A stretch of DNA of 64,000 nt from an uncultured virus (IMG/VR IMGVR_UViG_3300010353_000982) (taxonomy: Duplodnaviria > Heunggongvirae > Uroviricota > Caudoviricetes), in the IMG/VR virus record IMGVR_UViG_3300010353_000982; one strand, 5' to 3'. This document shows positions 28,717 through 38,843 of this stretch, piece by piece; the stretch's first letter is position 1, and each line of letters opens with the position of its first letter. The notes under the pieces are model-generated. The model ran no database searches and was not told where the DNA came from. It saw only the letters and a program-made list of their open reading frames with translations. The translations under genes and the position numbers were made by a program.

Positions 28717-29742
28717 TTGATGTACGATATGCTTTATTCATCATTCCCAAGACAAATAGCATATCCGTACCGCAAGACAGTTGATGAAGATGAATTCTTC
28801 AAAATCATCAATCGACTGAATGGTAAGGTAAGGATATTCACATCGGTCTACAATTTCACCGCAAAACCAGTCTTCGACAAGATTAATCTCGATCTTGACA
28901 AGATATTCTTTGATTTTGACGGTGACAATGCCCTGGAGAATACCAAGTTTCTTGCCTTTCACCTGAAAAAGATGGATTTGAAACATCTTATCTTTTTCTC
29001 GGGCGGCGGATTTCATGTCTACTTGTTTACGACTGGGTATAACTGTCTGAAGAATAAGAAAGCCTGTCTTACCAACGTCCACAAATACTTTATCACGGAG
29101 TATAAAGTTGATGTTGACAAGGCAGTCGTGGGAGATATTGCGAGGGTAGCCACGATACCGAATACATGGAATACGAAAAGACAACGATATTGTATTCCAA
29201 TAACCATGAACGATTTGTCCATGGGTTATGAACATATCTCCAAACTAGCAAAGAAACAACGGTTCGATTTTGAGCCATGTGGATCAAAATTGTTCGACGT
29301 TTCATCATTTGATGGAACGGAGGATTATGGATACGCCGAAGTTACCGTATCTGAAGAAATAAAGGAGCAGATCAATGCCGATGAGATATTGTCAAAACTC
29401 CCTCCATGTCTTGCGACCATGCTCGCTAATGCCAATAGCGGAACTCGTGTCGGATGGAGAGGAAGATTTCTCTTACTTGTTTATTTGCGAGATAGAGGAA
29501 CGCTATACGGGAACGCCTGTGACATTATTAATGCATATCTCAAAAACACCAAAGGAGGAGTTGTTGAGTCCCATCATTGCCTTCGAGATGAGCAGCAAGC
29601 CAGACGAATCTACGAGCGCGATGAAAGTATGTTTCCGAGCTGTGAACAACTTAAAAGAGAAGGAATATGCACCACTGGCAGCTTTTGTTCTTTCGCAAAG
29701 AAAGGCGATCACGGAAGCCATATCCAAACAATCTACCGTTGA
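28717..29742 (+). CDS. Archaeo-eukaryotic primase with fused PriL-like C-terminal domain
   Basis: FDFD motif I, SGGGFH motif II, D..R motif III; PPC and further Cys. Confidence 0.82.
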   Translation: MMYDMLYSSFPRQIAYPYRKTVDEDEFFKIINRLNGKVRIFTSVYNFTAKPVFDKINLDLDKIFFDFDGDNALENTKFLAFHLKKMDLKHLIFFSGGGFHVYLFTTGYNCLKNKKACLTNVHKYFITEYKVDVDKAVVGDIARVATIPNTWNTKRQRYCIPITMNDLSMGYEHISKLAKKQRFDFEPCGSKLFDVSSFDGTEDYGYAEVTVSEEIKEQINADEILSKLPPCLATMLANANSGTRVGWRGRFLLLVYLRDRGTLYGNACDIINAYLKNTKGGVVESHHCLRDEQQARRIYERDESMFPSCEQLKREGICTTGSFCSFAKKGDHGSHIQTIYR

Positions 29743-29835
29743 TTTATGGGTAAATGTTTCAGAACGCAGACGCCGTGGTATTGGATATTTGCAGACAATG
29801 TATGAACGATGGAGGTTGGGAGGTGAAAAGATTCG

Positions 29836-30507
29836 ATGTTATTAATTGATAATCGTGAACAGGACATGGTGGCTCGCGTCGTAAAGCGGGCCAAGAAAGA
29901 AGAGGTTGAACATGAAGTTCTCGAAATGGAAACGGGTGATTACTGTTGGACAAAAGACGATACCATGGAGTGTGATATATGCATTGAGCGTAAGAAGGTA
30001 GGAGATCTCATCCAGTCGAAGCGCAACGGACGCCTCGACAATCAATTGAAGAGAATGAATGCCAGCTTCCCATTCTCTTACCTGTTTATCGTCGGCAAAT
30101 TCGAGAACATTTATATGTCTGACAAATACATCAAGGGATGGACTGCAGAACATACCATAGGACTCAAGGCCAGCATCTCGGCGAAATATCCTTACGTGCA
30201 TATCATTGAACTGCCGAATGATACCCAATTGATCGATATGATTTTTGTCATGAAACAAAAATTCGATGAACACAAAGAACTTCGAGAGGCATCATGTATT
30301 GATTTGAAATTCAAAAAGAAGCGCATTAATGAACTGAATCCAAATTTCGTTCATTATTGCCAGATGGCAGGCATAGGAGAAAAGAAAGCCGAGGAAATTC
30401 ATGAGGAGTATCCATCATTCCTGGAATTTCTCACCGATGCAAAGAATGGTAAATTGAAAGTCAAAGTACCGTCGAAAACTCACGAATGGATAAAAAGGAT
30501 GTGCTAA
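29836..30507 (+). CDS. ERCC4/XPF-family nuclease
   Basis: IDNRE, GDY, IERK..DL..S..GRL; HhH GIGEK. Confidence 0.9.
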   Translation: MLLIDNREQDMVARVVKRAKKEEVEHEVLEMETGDYCWTKDDTMECDICIERKKVGDLIQSKRNGRLDNQLKRMNASFPFSYLFIVGKFENIYMSDKYIKGWTAEHTIGLKASISAKYPYVHIIELPNDTQLIDMIFVMKQKFDEHKELREASCIDLKFKKKRINELNPNFVHYCQMAGIGEKKAEEIHEEYPSFLEFLTDAKNGKLKVKVPSKTHEWIKRMC

Positions 30508-30509
30508 AA

Positions 30510-31124
30510 ATGTTATTCACTATCGAAGGAATTGATGGTGTTGGTAAGACAACCGTCATCAACACCTTGAAAGGAATGCTCGTTGACTACAAAGATGTTA
30601 TCTTCACGAAGGAACCGCAGTATTTTACCACCGAACAAAAACATGCTTTGGTCAAAATGGAAGACCCCGTGGAGAAGCTTGCTACCTTCTTCCTCGACCA
30701 CACAAAACACACGAGAGAAGTCCTCGATCCAAATATCGAAGACAAGATTATCATCTGTGACCGTTATATTCATTCACGAATTGCATATCAGGCACTGGAA
30801 ATTTCTCGCTTGTATGAAATGCCACTCGATGATGTAATTGATTATATCGAGGGAATGCATTATTTCTCATACTGGCCCGACAAAGTTTATGTCATCTGGT
30901 CAGACGAAGAACTGTTGGCCAAGAGACTACGAGCTCGTCATGATGATATGGACATCTCCGATATGAACAGATTGCTTGCAACCGAAGAAGTGCTTTGTCA
31001 TGTCCTGACACGAGGCGATCCATATTCGGTTCCCTATGTTGGTGTTGAGATGGATGAGGATGGTTTCAATTACAGTGCTATGGAAATATACCAGAACATT
31101 GTAGAAACTATAGACAACTCCTAA
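30510..31124 (+). CDS. tmk: Thymidylate kinase
   Basis: EGIDGVGKTT, KEP, DRYIHSRIAYQ. Confidence 0.92.
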   Translation: MLFTIEGIDGVGKTTVINTLKGMLVDYKDVIFTKEPQYFTTEQKHALVKMEDPVEKLATFFLDHTKHTREVLDPNIEDKIIICDRYIHSRIAYQALEISRLYEMPLDDVIDYIEGMHYFSYWPDKVYVIWSDEELLAKRLRARHDDMDISDMNRLLATEEVLCHVLTRGDPYSVPYVGVEMDEDGFNYSAMEIYQNIVETIDNS

Positions 31125-31228
31125 CATCAATTCCTAGGGGGGTAGGATTAATTCTGTTGGACTTTAATCCTTTTTTCGTACACTTGTCTGCGTGAAAAGA
31201 GATGCTTGTTAAAACGCTAATATGAGGC
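31119..31228 (+). repeat. Imperfect inverted repeat, left arm (partner 56087-56197)
   Basis: TCCTAACATCAATT..GGGGGGTAGGATT.ATTCTGT and TTAAAACGC.AATATGAGGC match reverse complement of partner. Confidence 0.85.
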
Positions 31229-31284
31229 TCAAAATTGACCTCTCCGTCGTAAAAAAATATTAGATAGGCGTAGAATTGAGGAGG

Positions 31285-31587
31285 TTATTTTTCCACAATT
31301 TCCCATCTGTCCCATATCTCTTTCTCCACTGCAAGACCCCAGTGCTTTGAAGTAGCACCCCATTCAACATAGGCTTGGAAAGTCCAAATTCCTATTTCAT
31401 CAATATCTCCTGCAACGGATGTATAGGTAATTATAGTCGTCGTGCCATACTGAACTGCCGTCCAAGTAACAATTGTACCAGACGGCTTTTTGGCCTGAAT
31501 TTCCATCTTGGTAGCGCCCGCAAGGGATGTACCAACATCAAGTCGAAATTCTACGCCTACCGCATTTACATAAATATCGTCAGTCAT
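31285..31587 (-). CDS. BppU-N/Ig-like virion protein
   Basis: KPSG...W...Y...GDID..G.W..Q pattern at end of tail module. Confidence 0.6.
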   Translation of the reverse strand: MTDDIYVNAVGVEFRLDVGTSLAGATKMEIQAKKPSGTIVTWTAVQYGTTTIITYTSVAGDIDEIGIWTFQAYVEWGATSKHWGLAVEKEIWDRWEIVEK

Positions 31588-34500
31588 CAGGAATCACCGA
31601 GTCTATATTAATTATCTTTGTAATGGTAGATAAGATTACTGGCGCACGAGTAATTGTGCTGTCAAACTCGACTACTTTTGTAATTGTCGAGTCCATTTCT
31701 GGAATTTCTTTTCCAGGAACGTCAGTATATAATTTCACAGCCGATACATTGCTCGTTGCAGTAACTGTGCCTGCTAACGATGCATCATAGGCAAGTTCGG
31801 CACTTACACTTGAAACTGCAGATACCTGACCAACAAGTCCATAGGTAACGGACATCACACCAGTTATTGATGAACTTGCGGCTGCAGAGCCAGACATTAA
31901 GAACCAACTTGTCAACGAAGCAGATGCAGAACTCGTCGCTGCAACTGATCCCGTTAGACCCATGTCTATCGAGAGTGTTGCCGATGCAGAGGACTGGGCT
32001 GTTACTGAACCATTAATAGGTGTCTCAACAGCAAGTGAACCACTTACAGAAGATAAGGCAACAACTTCCCCTGTAATGGACTTATCCACTACAAGATCAC
32101 CGTAAACATCTGCCTGCCCTTCTGCAAGTCCAGTGAATGCCTGATCTATCGAAAGAAGACCAGTTGCACTCGACGTGGCTGCAACCGTGCTATATAAATC
32201 TTGAATACCTTCAAGTTCCCCGATTGCGCTGCTTTGTGCCGAAACACTTCCAGCCAGACCAATATCAAGGTAAAGAGAACCAGAAACGGCTGATTGTGCG
32301 GTGACAGAACCAGTAAAACCAGATTCTACTGTTAATTCACTTATTGCAGTAGAAATGGCACTTACCGTCGTTGTCATTCCCATATCGAGAGTAATAATAA
32401 CGGAAGTTATTGTAAAGGCGTCAACCGTTCCAGTAATTGCCCTATCGACTGAAAGATGGCCAAGTGATGTTGATGTTACCCCAATTGCCGATGTTAATGA
32501 TAAATCAACACCAAGAGTTCCACTGACCGAAGATAATGCACTTACAGTCGTGGTCATTCCCATGTCTAATGTTAACCCAGCATATGTGTAAACATATCCA
32601 TCGACGGTGGCTGATAACATTATGTTAACACTTAACTGACCACTTGCAGACGACGTTGCGGCTACAGAACCATTTAATGATTTATATCCAAGAGTATAGG
32701 TAACGCAGTCGACATTAGATGTTGAGCCACCGCCGACAGACTTGTAAACGTAGTAACAATACTCATGGCCATTGGTTAAATCATAATCGTCGTAATATCC
32801 GTCTTCAATTAATGCAGTGGTTAATTGAGTAAATCCACCGCCATTATCGCTTCGATATATTACAAGTTCGTCGTCTGGTTCTGGTACTGTTTCATCTGTC
32901 CAAGAAATTCTGATATATTCATTTGGTTCAGAATATGTCACGTCGATATATATGACATAGAATTGACCAGTCGCTGTGGAAACCGCATTGACTGTTGAAA
33001 CCATTCCCATGTCGATAGACAGGATTGCATCGGAACTTGAAAAGACATCTACTCCACCTTCGAGTGGAATATCGACTGTCATTATTCCGCTTACCGTGCT
33101 TACAGCCGCGACTGTGGAAACAAGTCCCTGTTGTACATCGAGGATACCAGAAACACCTGACAATCCTGCTACCGAGAATGTCATTCCCCAATCGAGAGAA
33201 AGGAAGCCGTCAACATCAGAATATGCTGTTACCGATGAAGCAAGTCCAATATCAATAGATAATGTTCCCGAAGCAGAGGAATTTGCTGCAGCCGATCCAG
33301 CAAATGCTGGCTGAATATCGATAGATCCTGAAACGGACGATAATGCAGCAACACTGCCTATCAAACTTTGCTGTAAGTCTAGGATTCCAGAAACCTGGGC
33401 CGTGCCAGCGGTGGTTCCTGATAATGACAAGTCAATGGATAGCAATCCCGAAACGGAGGAACTAGCTGCAAGCGATCCAGTTATTATTAGTTCAGACGAG
33501 ATTGATATTTCTCCGTCGATGTCTGACAATGCATTGACAGTTCCTGTCATTCCCATATCTAATACAAGAATACCAGATACTGAAGATGTTGCGTCGACAG
33601 TTCCAGTTAAACCCTGCTGAACATCAAGAATACCAGATATGGAAGATGTCGCATCGATAGTTCCTGTTAATGCTTGCTGCAAATCAAGAATACCAGTTGC
33701 ACTCGAAGAAGCAGCAAGTGAACCATCGAGATTAATAGTAGCACCGACAGAAAGCTCACCACTTACGGAGGCTGAACACGCTATTGATCCTACAAGACCC
33801 TGTTGTACATCAAGAGCGGAGAATGTTGCAGATTGACCAGCAGCAGTCCCTGTAAGCGGTATTTCGACGGTAAGAGAAGCGCTTGCTTGCGAAGTTGCAG
33901 CAATAGAACCAACAAGTCCCTGTTGGGTATCAAGTGAACCAGAAGCCGACGATAATGCATCGACAGAAGAGGTAAGATAATGCCAGAAAGTAAGTTCACC
34001 TGTGAGCGATGCAGCGCCACCAATGAGACCCTGAATTATTATATCGAGGCTCATATTTGCTGCTGCGGTGGATGTTACTGTTACTGTAGACGTAAGAGTT
34101 GGTTGTAAGTCGATTGTTGTTGCCGAGGCGGTAGAAGTGACTGTGACAGAACCAGTAAGACCAATGTCTATAGCCAGATATGGCCCAGAGGCACTTGAAG
34201 TTGCATCGACGGTTCCTGTTAATGCCTGCTGAAGATCGAAAGTAGTTAAAGAAGCGCTTGATGTTGCTGAAACTGTTCCATCGAGTAATATTTCTCGAAA
34301 GATTGAAAGGCTCCCAGATACTGCTGATTGCGCGGCGACTGTGCCCGCAAGTGGGGGTTGTCGATCTATTGTCCCTGCCGATGCCGATGATGTTGCTCCG
34401 CAGGTAGCATCCATTGTGACATACGTTGCACTCTTGTATGATACGATATCTTCATTTCCAGCACTGGCCGATTCTACTCCGTTGAGAATTACAAATCCAC

Positions 34501-35116
34501 GGTAATAATAATCTGTACCATTTGAAAATGTGCTTCCATCCTGATATGTTCCTGTGGCAAAACTTTCAGTCGTTAAAGTACCATATGAACCACCAGAACC
34601 AGTTTTTTTCTCCAGTCGTATTTGATAAATATCATTGAGGCAAGTGGCAAGATATGAATTAGCATGAACAAATTGATACTTATGCGCTATTTTAGTGCTG
34701 CTATTTCTTACAATAATCGCAATACGGAGTCTGTCTGATGCATTACCTGCTGTCCAGTCTTTTGAATCAATTTCAAATACTTTGTATCCAGTAGTGCCTA
34801 ATGACTGTTCTGTCGTAGTAGTAGATGATTCTTGAAGTGTGCCAGATGAATTTACACGATCAATTCTTATTGACAAATAAAGAGAAGAATTAGCATAATT
34901 ATTATAAATAACAAATAATGCTGGCCCAGTCTGCCAGTCGGCATTATTTGGATAACTAGATGGTGTAAAAAAATACGAAGTTTCGGTTGCCGATTTTGCA
35001 ACTAAATATAATGATGATGCAGAACCAGTAGTGGGTGACATTCCAAGTGCTAAATTAAAATCAGCACCACCAGATAAATCACTAGCAGAATCTGAACCAT
35101 AAAATCGCATGGCCAT
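31580..35116 (-). CDS. Long repetitive tail fibre/adhesin with FN3-like domains
   Basis: Dozens of ~22-aa G-x-V-x-A-x-S-x-x-S-G-x-L repeats; start at TAATG overlap. Confidence 0.75.
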   Translation of the reverse strand: MAMRFYGSDSASDLSGGADFNLALGMSPTTGSASSLYLVAKSATETSYFFTPSSYPNNADWQTGPALFVIYNNYANSSLYLSIRIDRVNSSGTLQESSTTTTEQSLGTTGYKVFEIDSKDWTAGNASDRLRIAIIVRNSSTKIAHKYQFVHANSYLATCLNDIYQIRLEKKTGSGGSYGTLTTESFATGTYQDGSTFSNGTDYYYRGFVILNGVESASAGNEDIVSYKSATYVTMDATCGATSSASAGTIDRQPPLAGTVAAQSAVSGSLSIFREILLDGTVSATSSASLTTFDLQQALTGTVDATSSASGPYLAIDIGLTGSVTVTSTASATTIDLQPTLTSTVTVTSTAAANMSLDIIIQGLIGGAASLTGELTFWHYLTSSVDALSSASGSLDTQQGLVGSIAATSQASASLTVEIPLTGTAAGQSATFSALDVQQGLVGSIACSASVSGELSVGATINLDGSLAASSSATGILDLQQALTGTIDATSSISGILDVQQGLTGTVDATSSVSGILVLDMGMTGTVNALSDIDGEISISSELIITGSLAASSSVSGLLSIDLSLSGTTAGTAQVSGILDLQQSLIGSVAALSSVSGSIDIQPAFAGSAAANSSASGTLSIDIGLASSVTAYSDVDGFLSLDWGMTFSVAGLSGVSGILDVQQGLVSTVAAVSTVSGIMTVDIPLEGGVDVFSSSDAILSIDMGMVSTVNAVSTATGQFYVIYIDVTYSEPNEYIRISWTDETVPEPDDELVIYRSDNGGGFTQLTTALIEDGYYDDYDLTNGHEYCYYVYKSVGGGSTSNVDCVTYTLGYKSLNGSVAATSSASGQLSVNIMLSATVDGYVYTYAGLTLDMGMTTTVSALSSVSGTLGVDLSLTSAIGVTSTSLGHLSVDRAITGTVDAFTITSVIITLDMGMTTTVSAISTAISELTVESGFTGSVTAQSAVSGSLYLDIGLAGSVSAQSSAIGELEGIQDLYSTVAATSSATGLLSIDQAFTGLAEGQADVYGDLVVDKSITGEVVALSSVSGSLAVETPINGSVTAQSSASATLSIDMGLTGSVAATSSASASLTSWFLMSGSAAASSSITGVMSVTYGLVGQVSAVSSVSAELAYDASLAGTVTATSNVSAVKLYTDVPGKEIPEMDSTITKVVEFDSTITRAPVILSTITKIINIDSVIPDD

Positions 35117-36318
35117 TATGAACCACCTAGTTGTTCTTCCCAATCGATATCAATATGCGTTCCATCTTGAACTGCGTCGACAGTAGCCAATGGTTCGGTG
35201 AGAACAAGTGCTATAAATTTTAGATATCGTATTGATTCACTTATTGAAGAAGTCTCAACAGCAAAACCAAGCATCATATCAGACCATCGACCTGTAGTTG
35301 CTTGACTTACCAACGTCATTCCGTGGGCTGGTATTATATCATCGGCACTAGCATGTCGAAAAAGATAAGTAGCATAATAATAAGTAGAACCGTCATATAT
35401 TAATCCAGCCGTTTTTCCACCATATGTAGGCGAATTTATTGAAATCGATGAACTAAAAAAAACCAATGTTGGGGTTTTTGGTTTAATTTTTGCTAATGTA
35501 TTGGCCGCATAAACTGTTATTGTTGTATCGGTTATATTTGTTCCAGGATCTGATTCTCCTCCAGTCCAATCGTTAAAATTATCCATTTTTAATCCAACTA
35601 CCCATGCGTCTTTTATTGACATTTGAGCCCCAGAATAAAGACGATAAAAAATTCCAAGGTCATATGTTGAATTTGCAATATTATCAATACGATGACCGCC
35701 AGCCATAAATCTATCAGTAGTTGAAGTCGTTTTTACTCTATCAACTGGTGATCGACCAGTGGTATCGATAAGAATAAGAGAATCAATTATTGAAGTGCTT
35801 TCGCTGCTAGTATAAATAGTGCAACTTGTTATGGTGCAGAAATATCCTGTGCTACCTGCATCTACCGTAACCTTTGCATAAAGTGTTCCGACATCAGTAG
35901 TTGATGATTCTGTTACCGAGGAATTGAATACATCACCAGATTCAAGTCGAAGAGCAATAAAATTAATCTGATCAATTGATATAGTTCCACCAGAATCTGT
36001 ATGAACCTGAATCTTATAAGTTTGCGACGATGGACTTGATCCAGCAGACAATACTATCATGAAATGCTGCTGTATTATATCTTTAGAGTTACTGAAAACT
36101 TTAATTGATTCTTGCTTTGTGGCAGAACCAGTATAATCATAAAGTCTCACATAAGAATTATGTGATGTACTTCCAGTCCAAACAGTAAAAGAACAATAAA
36201 TCATGTAATTTGCGCTGGCATCGGGAGTAAACTTCAAGGTAGCAACATCGACATACGAGGTGTCGGTTTTGTCCTGCTGGGTATTGTTTTGATACCAATA
36301 ATACTGCCTATTTGCCAT
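35116..36318 (-). CDS. Virion/tail-associated beta-rich protein
   Basis: Ser/Thr-rich, tail module, AT-richer than neighbours. Confidence 0.65.
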   Translation of the reverse strand: MANRQYYWYQNNTQQDKTDTSYVDVATLKFTPDASANYMIYCSFTVWTGSTSHNSYVRLYDYTGSATKQESIKVFSNSKDIIQQHFMIVLSAGSSPSSQTYKIQVHTDSGGTISIDQINFIALRLESGDVFNSSVTESSTTDVGTLYAKVTVDAGSTGYFCTITSCTIYTSSESTSIIDSLILIDTTGRSPVDRVKTTSTTDRFMAGGHRIDNIANSTYDLGIFYRLYSGAQMSIKDAWVVGLKMDNFNDWTGGESDPGTNITDTTITVYAANTLAKIKPKTPTLVFFSSSISINSPTYGGKTAGLIYDGSTYYYATYLFRHASADDIIPAHGMTLVSQATTGRWSDMMLGFAVETSSISESIRYLKFIALVLTEPLATVDAVQDGTHIDIDWEEQLGGS

Positions 36319-36365
36319 TTCTGCGCTCCGATGTATTTTTTAAAAAATAAGATTAGAAGTCTCGA

Positions 36366-36767
36366 TCAGTCGAGAGTGATGTCGAGATCGCCAATGTTGA
36401 ACTTCGGCGTGTCGCCAGTTCCAACGGCTTTCGACGTTCCAAGAGAACCATGCACCAGCATGTTAGTTCCCGCATTGTCGAAGATTGCGAAATGCGTGAT
36501 AGTTCCCCATGAACCGCTAGCAGTCGGGAACGTGATAGCGGTCTTGTTCGCGGTTGCACCGTTTACTGCAGTGTCCCAATTCGTTCCACTGTTGGTAACA
36601 CTCACACGAGCGTAGTTGTTACCAGACGGCTCTGAAAGCCCGAGACCCGTATCGAGGGGGTCTGCGGTTGAGAGCGCGACCTTGACGGTTGTTTCGGCAG
36701 TATATTCAGTCACTCCGAAAATGTGGTCAAGGATTTTATTTTCCAGATAATTTGAAAACGATCCCAT
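36366..36767 (-). CDS. Conserved phage tail-fibre-associated protein
   Basis: SNYLENKILDH...YARV...FPTA..SWGTITH family signature. Confidence 0.8.
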   Translation of the reverse strand: MGSFSNYLENKILDHIFGVTEYTAETTVKVALSTADPLDTGLGLSEPSGNNYARVSVTNSGTNWDTAVNGATANKTAITFPTASGSWGTITHFAIFDNAGTNMLVHGSLGTSKAVGTGDTPKFNIGDLDITLD

Positions 36768-36781
36768 TCCTGTTCACTCCT

Positions 36782-37114
36782 TTACTTTGGCGTTTCAGTC
36801 ACAATGGCTGCAGGGCACTCGATGGCAACCTGTTCCTTGGTTGGCTTTGCAAACATAAACCCAAAGAGCTTTGCAAAGAAATCTTCCCCGATTTCGCGCT
36901 TGATTACTTCCGCGATCTCCTTGGCTTCGTCGGGAGTGATAGTCCCATCCTCGGCCTTTTCGAGAACACAGTCAATGATAGCGTCTACCTTCCGCAGAGC
37001 GGGAACGAAGGCTACGCGACCAATCAAAACAGTCGCACCAGCACCAATGGCCAGATAGAGAATCCCCGTTTCGGTGAGGAAACTTAAGGTTCTAGTAATA
37101 ATTGTGATGTCCAT
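36782..37114 (-). CDS. Membrane protein with DG.IT..E motif (holin-like candidate)
   Basis: One TM helix; GTGAGGT RBS. Confidence 0.5.
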   Translation of the reverse strand: MDITIITRTLSFLTETGILYLAIGAGATVLIGRVAFVPALRKVDAIIDCVLEKAEDGTITPDEAKEIAEVIKREIGEDFFAKLFGFMFAKPTKEQVAIECPAAIVTETPK

Positions 37115-37181
37115 TACCTCACCCACATAACTATTGGTGTTGCTTATAATTAACCGTTGTTAGGACATTGAAAAAAAAGGT

Positions 37182-38789
37182 TTAAATGACCCGCTTTGTA
37201 ATATATTCGGTTATAGTTGGCTTATTATATGAATCAAACAGCAAATGCTTGTAATTTGTCGTCGTATATCCTGTAAGCGGAACAATACAGAAGAATCCAT
37301 CTTCAGTCGATGTTGAAGCAATCATATCACTACCTTCGACGGTCAATGTAGTATTCCAACCTTTGAAAGCCAGTCCATTGTTGGTAATCCCTATTCGATA
37401 ATCTGATACTGCTTCGTTTTTGAAGACTTCCAGACGAAACATCAGAGGATCGACAATTACATTCGTCTTTACAATACCAAAATCACCAACTTTTGCACTT
37501 GTCAATTGAATATAATGCGGCGTAACTTCAGTAAGATGAAGATCTGGATAATTGGTTTCATACGATTCAGACCAAAGATATCTTGCAGTTGTCGGAGAAT
37601 CACGAAGTATAAGATTTCCAGTATTTGCCCATGTCTTCGTCGAATCAACACGCCATGACATCAATTCATTTTGAACAACAATATCGCCGATAAATTTGTG
37701 ACGCAACGAGTGAACCTGTTTCCATTTCGTCGGAGAATCTAATATATCGTCAGTATGGTAAATGGTATCAAAAACCTTCACTGGGCCAAGACCATTCTCT
37801 GAAGATAAATCGTAATGAACCATTACCGTAAATTGTGAATTAAGTCCGACGTAATCGATTAAAACTTCGTTGGCTGGAGAATTTAATTTACTTACAGTAA
37901 TGGTAATTTCCTCGTGCGTAGTAAATGATATTGTTGCTGTTTCATAAATACGATATGTCGACGGCCCATTAAATTTTAACGAGGCGATTGATCCCGAAAC
38001 AGACCCAACAATATCGAGCTGAATATCTTGTACATCAGTAGATTCTTTTGCTCTGAATTTTACCTTGTAAGAACCACGAGGAACATCCGTCCCTATCAAT
38101 AATTTCCATTCAACATATTGTCCAGTTGTATCAAGTTTCATAACTGTTCCGTCGAGAGATTCTGAATCGGATTCCCAGGAGCCAGTAAATGCCGTGTAAT
38201 TTTCATGATAAAGGAGCGGAAAAGGACGGTAAATTGGTATAATATTCGATGGTATTGCTTCTCCGTCGTTAATATATCCAATTGGCGTCAAAGGAATAAT
38301 ATCAATCGAGCTCGATAAATGCACATTAAATGCATTTTGATTCAGCGTAAACATTCGAGGGTAATTATAATATAACCCATTGTCGTCATATCGATCTCCA
38401 CGATAGGTAAGAGCATGTTGATAAACGGAGAATGGGAAAAATTTGCCGTGTATTTCATACGGTCTTATTTGCGCGCTTCTGAAATCATTCGGGCACATTA
38501 CCCTGATATTTGTCAAAAAACCAATCGTATCCCCATAGTTTATGTAATTGAAAACCGAATCCCGTTCCTCTATGGCCATGAGATCTTCTGCATAGTCGTT
38601 TGCATTTTTAGGATCAGTCGTGGCCTTGTAAAGAAATCCTCGTATTGTAATTGGGTTTGCGTCGGTCTTTACACCAGACACGGGCATAATATAATCGGTA
38701 TTTAATCCACGAACCAGATAATCTTCTTTCTCTGCATTTTTTGAAGAAAGCTCGGAAACAGTAGGAATATAGATATTTCCAACGAACAT
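37182..38789 (-). CDS. Minor tail protein with carbohydrate-binding-like insert
   Basis: Position; GQYVEW...GSYKV...IDYV CBM-like pattern. Confidence 0.55.
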   Translation of the reverse strand: MFVGNIYIPTVSELSSKNAEKEDYLVRGLNTDYIMPVSGVKTDANPITIRGFLYKATTDPKNANDYAEDLMAIEERDSVFNYINYGDTIGFLTNIRVMCPNDFRSAQIRPYEIHGKFFPFSVYQHALTYRGDRYDDNGLYYNYPRMFTLNQNAFNVHLSSSIDIIPLTPIGYINDGEAIPSNIIPIYRPFPLLYHENYTAFTGSWESDSESLDGTVMKLDTTGQYVEWKLLIGTDVPRGSYKVKFRAKESTDVQDIQLDIVGSVSGSIASLKFNGPSTYRIYETATISFTTHEEITITVSKLNSPANEVLIDYVGLNSQFTVMVHYDLSSENGLGPVKVFDTIYHTDDILDSPTKWKQVHSLRHKFIGDIVVQNELMSWRVDSTKTWANTGNLILRDSPTTARYLWSESYETNYPDLHLTEVTPHYIQLTSAKVGDFGIVKTNVIVDPLMFRLEVFKNEAVSDYRIGITNNGLAFKGWNTTLTVEGSDMIASTSTEDGFFCIVPLTGYTTTNYKHLLFDSYNKPTITEYITKRVI

Positions 38790-38843
38790 GTTATTCCACT
38801 CCTACTAATAATTGGTGTGGCTAATATAAAAATAGATATGGCC

